A DNA stretch of 64,000 nucleotides from Yuukianura sp. NJ FZ-2021 (lineage: Eukaryota), in NCBI GenBank assembly GCA_046563655.1, contig CM102285.1, positions 5,332,001-5,396,000 of the forward strand. Direction: 5' to 3'. This document shows, piece after piece, positions 1-9,979 of this stretch (position 1 is the first letter of the stretch; every line of letters starts with the position of its first letter). A program made the position numbers and the translations under genes. Under the pieces are notes generated by a model. The model saw only the letters and a program-made list of their open reading frames with translations, was not told where the DNA came from and did no database searches.

Positions 1-350
1 ACTTTCTTCCCCAGCCAGTTGGGTAGCTGGCTGGCGTATTAACGACTTGTATAAAAGATTCACTGCTCTCCGCGCTTGGCGTAGGTGAAACCGAACGACT
101 AGAAATATTCCGTGAAGGAACGGGTTGAGGGACGGTGTGCCGTCACCTCGGAAATGGTGTAAATTTTGACCTAACCGCTTTGAGGGTGAAGTCGCGACCA
201 CTCGAGAGAGGCGATGACGTAGGACAGAGGTTTTTCTTCTACACCTGTCGCATACCCCGAGGAGCGAAACACAACGAGACTACAAACGAAGCAATGAAAC
301 AAATTACCGAACCTTGGCGGTTCAACCCTGTTGCAGGATACCTGGACGGT

Positions 351-1413
351 ATGACTCTACGGATGCTCCTTGTACTTTGCGTCGGGACGACGCTTGTTGC
401 AGAGGTCGCCGGGACGATGATGTGCCCATGGGCACTGGCGACACGAATTCGACGGAGTCCGGTGAACCCACACCGGTGGACCAAGAGGAACCTCACGTGG
501 ACCCTTGGACCTACCCCATATGACATGGACCGAGAAGAAGCACTGGCGCCAGCCTGGCGTTCGTGAAGTGGCAACTTTACTCCAACTTCACCTTTACTTA
601 CGTGGAGGGGAATGCTGATATCCCCATTACCTTCGAACACGGAATTCATGATGACGCTAGTGACGGACGTGGTGGCACACTAGCCCACGCCCACTATCCA
701 GCATCAGTTATGGGCGGACAAATCCACCTAGACGCCAACGAGACTTGGTCTCTCGGAGAGGACGACGAACACGTCAATTTATTTTCGGTACTCCTACACG
801 AAACGCCTTGGCCTTGCCACACACTCGTGCCATAGGATCTGTGATGACAGCCTGGTACCAGTTCTGGCCGCACGTTACCGAAACAGGAGTCCCCGACGAA
901 GAAGCTCTGAAGGTCCTATACCCACCAGGGTTCATCGACGAAGGGCCGGATGGAGAAAATATCCGAGGCCTGAGTACACTGTGGTACGACCATGTTGGTT
1001 ATCTCAATGGGGACCACCTCCTGTTCCACGGGAAAAGTCACGTTAGAGTTACAGGAGCTGGGACACTACTTCCTACTCCAGTGCAGAATGGCGATTTCTT
1101 CGAGGACTTCCCGCCGGACCGCCGAATCAACTTCACAGTCGGCGTCACGAGTTACCTCTATGTTATGGTTGACGACCAAATCGGAGTATATTCATCAGAC
1201 GGCCACCTAATCACACCAGGACTCAAGCACCGAAGTATCTTTGGCATTACGCACCCAGTTTTGGGATACTTCCCGTCAGAACACACCCTCTGGATCAAGT
1301 TGACCACTGGATGGAGGCCGCTATACCTAGAGAAGGGCATGATACAAAATCGCCTTCGACATTGCCTTCATAATCGTGTCAAAGTTCAACGCTTTTGTCA
1401 TAGACCCTACTAA
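351..1413 (+). pseudogene. Intronless matrix metalloproteinase (M10A), frameshifted, inside an LTR element
   Basis: Joining ORFs 135-566, 563-835 and 745-1413 gives a hydrophobic signal (MLLVLCVGTTLVAEVAG), an RIRR furin-like site, RWTKRNLTW, KWQLYSNFTF..ADIPITF, DGRGGTLAHAHYP, GGQIHLDANETW, NLFSVLLHE, ALALPH and the Met-turn SVMTAWY. A possible hemopexin-like segment follows. There is a frameshift near 545-565 and a deletion inside the HExxHxxGxxH motif near 803. Confidence 0.85.
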
Positions 1414-2320
1414 CCCGGACACGCACGAGCCGCTACAAAACTTGTACAAATCCACGGCGGTCGTTAAGTTATGTTACCGTGGAGGAAACCAACTGAAATG
1501 GATAGAGAGGGATTTTGGAGTAATCCCAATCGGAGAGATTGATATTGAAACTATACGCCTACACACCGACAGTCTGCCGTGTCACGCGTCACCGACGCAA
1601 ATTCGGAACAAGTTCCTTTCAACACTTGAGCTGCCCTTGGGATTTCCACACGCTGTTCCAAATTTGGATGTTAACGCTATGAAAACTGTGGTCGTAACAA
1701 TTGTGAAACTTTGGGGTGACATCTCCGAGCAATTACACAACCTGGACACTCTGGAAATTCAGGCCCTGATTCAGAAGATGCTTAACAGCACACACGAGCA
1801 AACTGCAGACCAGTTCCGGCTGACTCATTTCTTTACGCATGTTTCGGTACTCAACGTCAAGGATACAAGGATCCGACTAAGCCTAATTTCCGTGGCCCGG
1901 CAGCTCAATCTGACAACAACCGTATTTTGTCAGGACTAAGAGACTTGGAAAACAGAGACGGAGGCAGAATTTTTGCGAGAACTACTGCAGAAAGTCCGAA
2001 CCTTGTCGCGATCGGATGGATTGGACCCAGTACAACATGCATTAATAGTTCCACACCTCGCCGCGTGGTGGCGTGATTGCCGAGTGCGGCCTGAAACCGT
2101 CACGAGGCCTGTTGTAGTACCACGCCGGGGCCCGTATGCAACGCCCATTCGCCCCACCAGTGCCCGCACGCCACCACCAAACGACGCCAGACACCCCACC
2201 ACCGCTCCACCATCCCTCATGTCACGGATCCACGCATTGGAGCAACAACATCTGGAGCTCAGCCGCCCTAGGTCCGAAAGGAGGCTTTTCGAGCTTTTGT
2301 CGGGACGACAAAAAAAATAG
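1343..2320 (+). pseudogene. Rrp6/RNase D (DEDDy)-like accessory ORF, copy 1, one premature stop at 1937-1939
   Basis: ORFs 1376-1939 and 1973-2320 are in the same frame and colinear with the ORF at 7340-8239 (QD*ETWK vs IDYDAWR). Motifs are KIAFDI, AFVIDP and LYKSTAVVKLCYRGGNQLKWIERDFGV. Confidence 0.6.
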
Positions 2321-2331
2321 GCGTTGGAGAG

Positions 2332-2548
2332 TGTTGCAGCAGTATTAATTCAAGATTTATTTTCACAACTTACTTTCACTAAGCCAAGGTCACACGTACA
2401 CTTAGTCACTTAGTCGCTAAGGGACCCCAGCACTTGTATTTAGTCACTAAGCAGGAAGTGTTAAAGCAAGGCCAGGTAATTAAAACAAAACCGCAAGGCC
2501 AACTTGATTAATGAATTAGCCCAATTAAGCCGACCACAGCCGCCGCTA
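2332..2548 (+). mobile_element. Truncated 3' LTR (family A)
   Basis: Starts TGTTGC right after GTCGGGACGA...GGAGAG (gypsy-type pre-LTR/PPT region). Contains the shared core AAAACCRCAAGGCC..TTAGCCCAATTA..CCACAGCC. Confidence 0.75.
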
Positions 2549-2824
2549 TATTGAAATTAAAATATGAAAATTTTGAGGAACATTACAGTGGATTCGCTTG
2601 AACTGAAGACGGAAAATGAGAACAGAAGAAAGACAACGGACACACAGGATGTGATAACACCCTTCTTAAAATTTAAGCTGAGACAATGTTTATTCGTTAG
2701 GGAGTGTGAGGGCCAGAAAATTCTCCCTCACCAACTTCCCTCCCCCCATCATAGATTAGGCTAAGTCACCGTACAAACCAGATTGGCAATAAATGAGACA
2801 GCCAGCATTTGCACAGCAACTTAA

Positions 2825-2920
2825 CAAGTACCAACGTTCCTCGGCTGTACTGAGTACAACCGCCGCTTCATCAAGAACTATAGCCAAATTGCTAAACCCC
2901 TGACCGAGCTCACCAAAGGT
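2825..2920 (+). mobile_element. Ty3/gypsy reverse transcriptase thumb fragment
   Basis: Translates [30 protein letters not shown], matching the gypsy FLG..YYRRFI..A.PL..L motif. Confidence 0.8.
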
Positions 2921-5687
2921 GCTTTAGGAGTAGCTAGATTGGACGGAATTATGTGACTAGCCCGGTCTAAAGTTCATTTGAAAAATCGGACACCTGCACA
3001 AAATCCCTTGATTGATCATTTCCTGAACGTCATCTAGGTCACATTAATTAGTCATTTCCTAACTATCAAACCTCCAATTTTTTAAAATGGATGAAAACCC
3101 GCCAAAACGCGTGAAAAAAAATGCCTGGGTAAACAACAACTTTCTCGCCAAAAATACATGCGTCACTAAAAATTATTCCATGCACTAAACCATAAATTAA
3201 ACCTTTTAATTCCAATTAGTCATTTCCGGTCTTACCTAACCATTACCGGTAACTGAAGGTCACAAAACAAAAAATCACTAATTTGTTCGGGAGAAATTTT
3301 GAATTTTTTTTATGTGGCAGGTCAAATTTCTCCGAATCAAGGTCATTGAAGGTCAAAAATGAGCTTGAAATTTATTAAGTTTTCTTTTTGTTAAAATTTA
3401 AGCCGGTTAATGTGTCATGAAATTGGTCTAATTGGTCTAATTATGGGTTAATTAAAAGTTCCATCGAAAAAGGACAAACAAACAGTTTTAGTTTAACCTT
3501 TGACAATTAGAAAACAATTAGAAAACTGTCATAACTTTGACAGCGTTAACTTTGGAGAACGTTTTATAGAGTCTCACTTGGCATACAAGTTTTCAAAACA
3601 TAAAACAATAGTTTTTGTTAAGGAAGGACAGTCTGACACCTCTTCCGACTCAAGTGATGAAGCCGATGGAGGGCTTACAAGACGCTATTGGCGTGCACAC
3701 ATTAAGCCCATACCCTACCTACGTCCAAGGACAGCGGGAATCCGAAAAGCATTACAAACGTAAAAATTAAATGTAACTCTGTCATAAGGTTTTATATTAT
3801 TTCTTTTATTTGTTAGTTCCTGCACATTCAGTCACACAATCATCATCATGATGCTGAGTATGGGGTGGAGGGAAGGTCACCCTATTGGAAAGCAAGAGAA
3901 TGGCTACGCTATCCTGTAAGAAATAAACAAATCAGTTTAAAAATTCATTCTTTGGTTATAATTTCCAAATTTACCGGAATTATAGTGTTGGTATTTTCTA
4001 GATCAACACGGCCGGTGGAGAGAAATAGGGAGAGTATTTGTATGGACGCGGCTTCGGAGCGCAGGAGTAACTTTTACATCAGTCACAATCTGTAATTCTT
4101 TTTTAGCACATATTCTTGTCAATATTTTTGTTGTAACTTCTGTTAATGAATCCATCAAGGTCGTTGAACAAATGATATGAAATCAATAAACATTTTGAAG
4201 TTTTATGCGTATGTACTTTTTAAAACTGTTCTTTGAAAACAATAATTTATATTTGGTCAATTCCACTTTTCTCTTCGTAAAATTCGAAGACATGTAATCC
4301 CCTGTGCAATCATAGGATCTTCCCTCATCTAAAATTTTTGAACATATGAAGAAAAAAAATATTCTTAGTATACAAGCATTTTTTCGAACGTCTAAACTCA
4401 ATTAGCGATTTCCTCATTACAAAGCATTTTACTAGAGCTTGAACTCAATTGGCGATTTCCTTATTATAAAACATTAATCGAATTAAGCTGATCCTATTTA
4501 ACTCAGAACAAAATTGAATTTTCACACATTCAAATTCTAATATGTACATCACTTCAATTTGTTGCCTCTACTATTGGAGTTGTGACCTTTAGGCTCTAAA
4601 GCGTTTTTGTACTGTTGTTGAACCAATAGATTACAATTCCATCATAGAGGATTCATCATCTGGATTCAACATTTTGGAAATTAGGACTTAAACAAGAACT
4701 CTACATTATCATTACTCAATTGTCCTTAAAAGTTATTTTAAAATTTAAGACTGTTGATTACAACGATAATACAAATATTAACTACAATCCAGTTGTTTCG
4801 CAAAAATAGCGGAAAAGCGCCGTATGGACTGAATTCGTCCCAATAATCTCACAGATTATACTTTAAAAATAATCTATGTAATAACAAATTCATTTAATAG
4901 TTTTACATGCTAAATCTCAATGCCAGAATGTTCGAGAAAAAAAATTTGTTTTATTTGTTAAATCTCCATGCCCAGGTGTTTGAAAAAATATATATTAAAT
5001 TCTGATAAGTACTACAGTACAATTGGTGTTTTTACAATCTATGGCACAGTTGTACTTATTAGAATTTGAAAAAAGAATCACCATAATTATTCTAAAAAAC
5101 CGTAACCGTTAATTCGTATACCTAATTTTATGTAAATTGGAAACTGTTACATTTACGCTTGTTCTAATACCATTCACAAGCTAACAACTACTACTACTTA
5201 CTGAAAAGTCTGAAACAGGAACATTTTTACCAAAAAGCTCATTTCTTTAGAATAAAATCTTAAGTATTTCCGATACTACAAATGTCTTAATTAGACATAA
5301 TTTATTGAAACTCGTGCAAAGTCATGTAATTGAAGGAAAGTTACAAAAAAAAGAAAACAGTGAAAGGTCAAGTGAAGTGAACACTTGGAATTTTTTTCAA
5401 CTCCATAAACGCTCTCTTCATAACAAAAAATCAACTTTTCCCGCCAAATTTAATAGTTCATGTTTAAGTGTCAGTTTTTAGGTTTTAAATGACGTTACTG
5501 CTGTTCAAGAATGGAAAAAACGTTTACAATAGATTCATTTTACTTTTTACCAAAATAAATTTTCAAAGAATGGAAAAAAGTTCACAATAGATTCATTTTA
5601 CTTTTTACCAAAATAAATTTTCCAAAAAAATAAAGCAAAAAGAAGAAAGTCATTTTTTTTTAAATTTCAGTAGTGGATGATTCGAAA

Positions 5688-6278
5688 TGTTGCATCAGTA
5701 ACTAGTAATTTTGTTGCACTTTCACTTCACAATGTCAAGGTCGCACATTCACCACTTAGTCACTAAGCACAGTTAGTCACTAAGAGGAAACAGAACCAAG
5801 GCCTATTCTATTGAAGGGAAAACCACAAGGCCAATTCTATTAGCTAATTAAGCCCAATTAGCACAACCACAGCCAGCGCCGCTAATGCGGTTTATGACCG
5901 AATTCTCTTGTAAAAACCACTCTAATTAGACACCTCCAATCTAGGCAATTTAGAATTTCAGTTAAATAGCCGGGAAATGCAGTGTAGAAAGTAAGTCAGT
6001 AAGCCAGTAAACAAAAGCTAAGCAGAGAAAGGAAGACTAGAGAAGGAAGCCGGAAGCACTAGCACTAAAAGTACTTAGACCAATAGAGAGCACAGTTCAG
6101 AAAAATCAGCAACCAGAGGTATGAGTACACACAAATGTAAACATTTATTTATTTGCACTCCACGACTAAGACGAACTCACGCCAAGATTGGGGCCTTAAG
6201 ACCCTTGACCCCTCCGGGAACATTCGCTGACCCTGTGGGCACTTCTTTATTGACATACGTTAAAATCTCAACGTAACA
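5688..6278 (+). mobile_element. Complete 5' LTR (family A)
   Basis: TGTTGC...CGTAACA ends, family A core, CCTTAAGACCCTTGACCCC block shared with the other LTRs, followed by a PBS. Confidence 0.85.
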
Positions 6279-6280
6279 AT

Positions 6281-6294
6281 TGGTGCATTTGCCG
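6281..6294 (+). promoter_or_regulatory. Primer-binding site complementary to the tRNA-Gly 3' end
   Basis: TGGTGCATTTGCCG lies 2 nt after the LTR end and matches 13/14 to TGGTGCATTGGCCG, the complement of the typical animal tRNA-Gly(GCC) 3' end. Confidence 0.75.
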
Positions 6295-6653
6295 ACATGC
6301 CCTCTACTGCTGTTTTCTCTTTCTTTGAATCAATAGTCACTATTGTTGTAAACTTTAGTTACTGTAACTATACCTTAAATATGATGAATGAATGCGTGTG
6401 TGAATAACATAACGATACAATAACATATTATAACAATAGCAGATTAGAACAATACCGACTGCGTCGAGTGAATTCCTACGACACCACATGCTACGAAGTT
6501 AACAAAGACTTGGAACTCTCCCCCCTCTGGTGAGCAAGAGGTGAAGGGCATCGAACAGGTACTGTGGAGAAGGTGACCCTTGTAGAGGCGAAAGTCCTTC
6601 ACTGTTACCACATACGCTCTGCCGAAGGCCAAAGCTCACCTCATAGGGCAATG

Positions 6654-6760
6654 ATGATGATGTGCCCATGGGCGCTGGCGACACAAACTCGACGGACTCC
6701 GGTGAACCCTCACCGGTGGACCAAGAGGAACCTCACCTGGACCCTTGGACATACATCGTA
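6654..6760 (+). pseudogene. Fragment of a second MMP copy (N-terminal part)
   Basis: MMCPWALATQTRRTPVNPHRWTKRNLTWTLG, about 90% nucleotide identity to 414-520. Confidence 0.8.
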
Positions 6761-7339
6761 CAACGAGCGAGAACGAGCTCCTTAGTCAACCTTGCCGAGC
6801 GGATCGAGACGGAGTACGAGACGATCAACGAACTCCACCAGACCACCCAACTACCGGAAGCCCCACCGAGATCCTATTATGATTACCCACCACCAGAAAC
6901 AAGACCGGTTTCGTTTGATGTTGAGCCTAATACGGGAACCAGCACCAATTCCGACCCAGAATATGACTACAAAGAGCGCGCTCGACTCGATTGACAAACC
7001 CGATGACGAACCAGCGACAAATAACCGATACAAACTTGTTTTAGTTTTGACCTTCTCAAATACACAGTAAACCTCTTCAGCAAATTGGACGCTGGCATCG
7101 CATCACAACTTCGCTACTCGTAAACACATATCAAGCACGTCACCGACGGACAACGACTGGCTTGCCCTGAACGACTAGGAGTCCTCAACATTAATGAAAG
7201 CAAGGTGTACGACTCCCGTTGGATGCCAGACTGGCCCATACCGACATGCACCCCGGACACCTTGACAACGAAACGAGAAGTCGCAGACCACGCGCCGAAG
7301 CCATCGGAATGTTTCCCGTAGTCTTCTCGTGAACGTGGA

Positions 7340-8239
7340 GTGAATGCTTTCATCATCGATCCCCTGGATACCGACACCCACGAACCGGTGAGAGCCCTAT
7401 TCAAGTCACCACACGTCATGAAGATCTGTTACGGTGGAAAGATCCAGCAGCAGTGGATCGAACGCGACTTCGGAATTATCCCACGCAGCGTCTCGGACAT
7501 CAAACCGATTCGCATACACGTTGCTGATTTACCAGACCACGCTACGCCGTCCGACATCCGGCGATTTTTCGAGTCCGACGTAGACTTCATGTTCGGTTTC
7601 CTTCGCAACACTCAAAATCAAGACCGCGAACTCATGTTGGATGCCACCAAGACGGTCGCCTTACTCTGGAGGGACATCGACCGTTATTTACAAGACGGTC
7701 ATGCTTCTGGAGGAAGAGACATTCAGATGCTCCTGCAACAGATGCTCATCAGCACACACGAGCAGACAGTAGAGCCGTTCCGCCTCAAGCTCTTCTTTTG
7801 GGACACTCCACCAGTTGACTTTGGGGAGGCACGGATCCGCGCCAGCATTGTCTATGTGACATTGTGCCGCGCCATGGACCTACCAACCAGCCTGTTTCAG
7901 ATAGATTACGACGCGTGGAGAAACGGTTCGGACTATGCATTCATCAGTGGACTACAGCAGAAAATTTCCATGTTCCCGAAACCTGACGTGATGACCGAGG
8001 CTCGGCAACTCATTCCCCCGTTGTTCATCTGGTTCGGGACCGACTTCGGGATAGGCACGCGCCCAGCCGATACACACCCCACCGTACCCACCGCTCACAG
8101 ACCCAGACGCATGACACAATACTCCGCTACAAGTCGACAACCCCTCGCGCTTCGTGACCTACCGCCGCCTGCCGTTCCTATCCCCGATTTAGTACGACAA
8201 GTCCAGGATCTGCAGACAAGGATTCAGGAACTCGAATGA
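7340..8239 (+). CDS. Rrp6/RNase D-like accessory ORF, copy 2 (299 open codons, 5' part disrupted)
   Basis: AFIIDPL..LFKSPHVMKICYGGKIQQQWIERDFGI..SVSDI aligns by eye to Rrp6 DFIIDTL..DPAIVKVFHGADSDIEWLQKDFGL..NMFDT. It has a Pro-rich linker and a coiled-coil C-terminus, and ends just before the PPT/3' LTR. Confidence 0.6.
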   Translation: MNAFIIDPLDTDTHEPVRALFKSPHVMKICYGGKIQQQWIERDFGIIPRSVSDIKPIRIHVADLPDHATPSDIRRFFESDVDFMFGFLRNTQNQDRELMLDATKTVALLWRDIDRYLQDGHASGGRDIQMLLQQMLISTHEQTVEPFRLKLFFWDTPPVDFGEARIRASIVYVTLCRAMDLPTSLFQIDYDAWRNGSDYAFISGLQQKISMFPKPDVMTEARQLIPPLFIWFGTDFGIGTRPADTHPTVPTAHRPRRMTQYSATSRQPLALRDLPPPAVPIPDLVRQVQDLQTRIQELE

Positions 8240-8326
8240 CAGCGCCCTAGACAAGAATAAGTCATCACATCCGCAACTACCATTCATTGTATTGTCGGGA
8301 CGAAAAATAGATTAGGTCGTGGACAG

Positions 8327-9979
8327 TGTTGCACATGCACTTTGTTAAGTCAGCCTAAGTCAATTCACTTTCACTTTCACAATGTTAAGGTTAAAAACTG
8401 CACTTGGCCAGTGTCACTTAGTTGCCATCCCCGGAAACAATTCATGCATTAGAGACAAAAAGTAAAAACCGTCAGCATAACGTAGCTGGCTGTCCAAGGT
8501 TTTAGCGTCATATTGGCGCAATGCAAGTATCCGTGGAGGACGCCGTTTCAAAATCTTAAATATGATGCAATTCCGGAGGCGTCAAATTGAGGTTTGGAAC
8601 ATACTCCAATTTGACGCATGCAAAAGATAGAAAAAAAACTCTTCTCCGGAGTTTCGAACCAACAACCTTCACTTCTCTCTTATTGCTGATCTATCACACT
8701 ACAAACTAAGCTACGAATGATTTATTGAAAAACTAGTCGAAAGTTGTACTACTTATTCCATGCATTCGGAACTTAAAATTCTTACGACTAAAATCAAGAA
8801 AAAAACTTATAACCTGACATCAATTATGTGATTAATTGGTTAAGTTACGGTAAGTATGGTCACCTTTGTACACATACAGACAAAGTGACGTAATTATCAG
8901 CTGTCACCGGCATAGTTAGGTGGATTCAGCATCTCTACATGTGAGCGAGCAGTTTAAATGCTCTAAATGACACGGAACCATGTATGTCTTATTTGATTAG
9001 TTATAAAAATTAGCATCCAATTCGATTGTTAATTGGTCATGTGGGATACGAAACTATAAGTTTATCCGAAGTTTTTAGACGATGTTTGTCCCGCAACAAA
9101 AGAACGTGTAGCAATGACATTGGTTGTTTAGTGTTCTAATAATTGCGTCTGGAAGCTGTCGGGACGGACGCATCATATTGACTGAAGGAAGCTTCACTGC
9201 AATTTTACGCACTTTCCATGCAATACAAATCTTGCAATATTTGAATGATTGGAAACAAGCGTCAGAATCATGCAATTATAATTGCGCCTCTTTTGCAGCG
9301 AATCGAAGGCGTAAATTTGTGCGCCTCATTTCTGTCCTCACAACAACATGCATGCAACTAACTCAGTTTTTGCAGAAATATAACGCCAGGCTTACCCTAC
9401 TCATAATGATGCCAGCGTGAGCGCATCATTTTTGAATCAAAAATGTGTAATCGTCATTGTAATTCCCAAAACTGACGCAATGCTGACGGTTCATACCCAA
9501 AAATTGTTTCCGGGGATGTACTTATCGTTAGTCACTAACAGGAACAAAAGCAAGGCCAAGACGATTGAGATGGAAACCACAAGGCCAAACTTATTAATTA
9601 ATTTAGCACAATTAGCTCAACCACAGCCTCTGCCGGTAATGCGGTTTTAGGACAGAACCTACCCGGAAACCACACAAATTAACAACCCCCAATTAGGAAT
9701 TATGTTAAATACCCGGTAGTCACTGCTTAGAAGTAAGAAAGGTCAGAAGTCTAAAGAAGGCAAGGAACCAGCCCTACTAAGTACCCTAACAAAGCACAGT
9801 TACAGCAGCAGAAGGTATGGTCACACTCATTTATATTTACTCATTTATTTCAAAACCTTACACAGACAAAGGACGGACTCACGCCAGGAAGGGGTCCTTA
9901 AGACCCTTGACCCCTTGGGCAAGATGACTGTTGACCCCAAGGGCCCTTCCAACGGCATTACGCGAATTTCGACGTAACA
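8327..9979 (+). mobile_element. 3' LTR (family A) split by a DNA transposon
   Basis: TGTTGC at 8327 follows GTCGGGACGA..GGACAG. The LTR resumes at 9519 with the family core and ends CGTAACA at 9979. Confidence 0.8.
8426..9518. mobile_element. Non-autonomous DNA transposon (~1.1 kb) inserted in the LTR
   Basis: 17-bp TIR CATCCCCGGAAACAATT plus subterminal inverted AACCGTCAGCA. No clean TSD (TGC vs TAC). Confidence 0.8.

Noticed and set aside
5506..5625. Local tandem duplications (~59 bp here, ~48 bp at 4396-4475)
   Set aside because: Ordinary slippage duplications in AT-rich DNA with no further structure.
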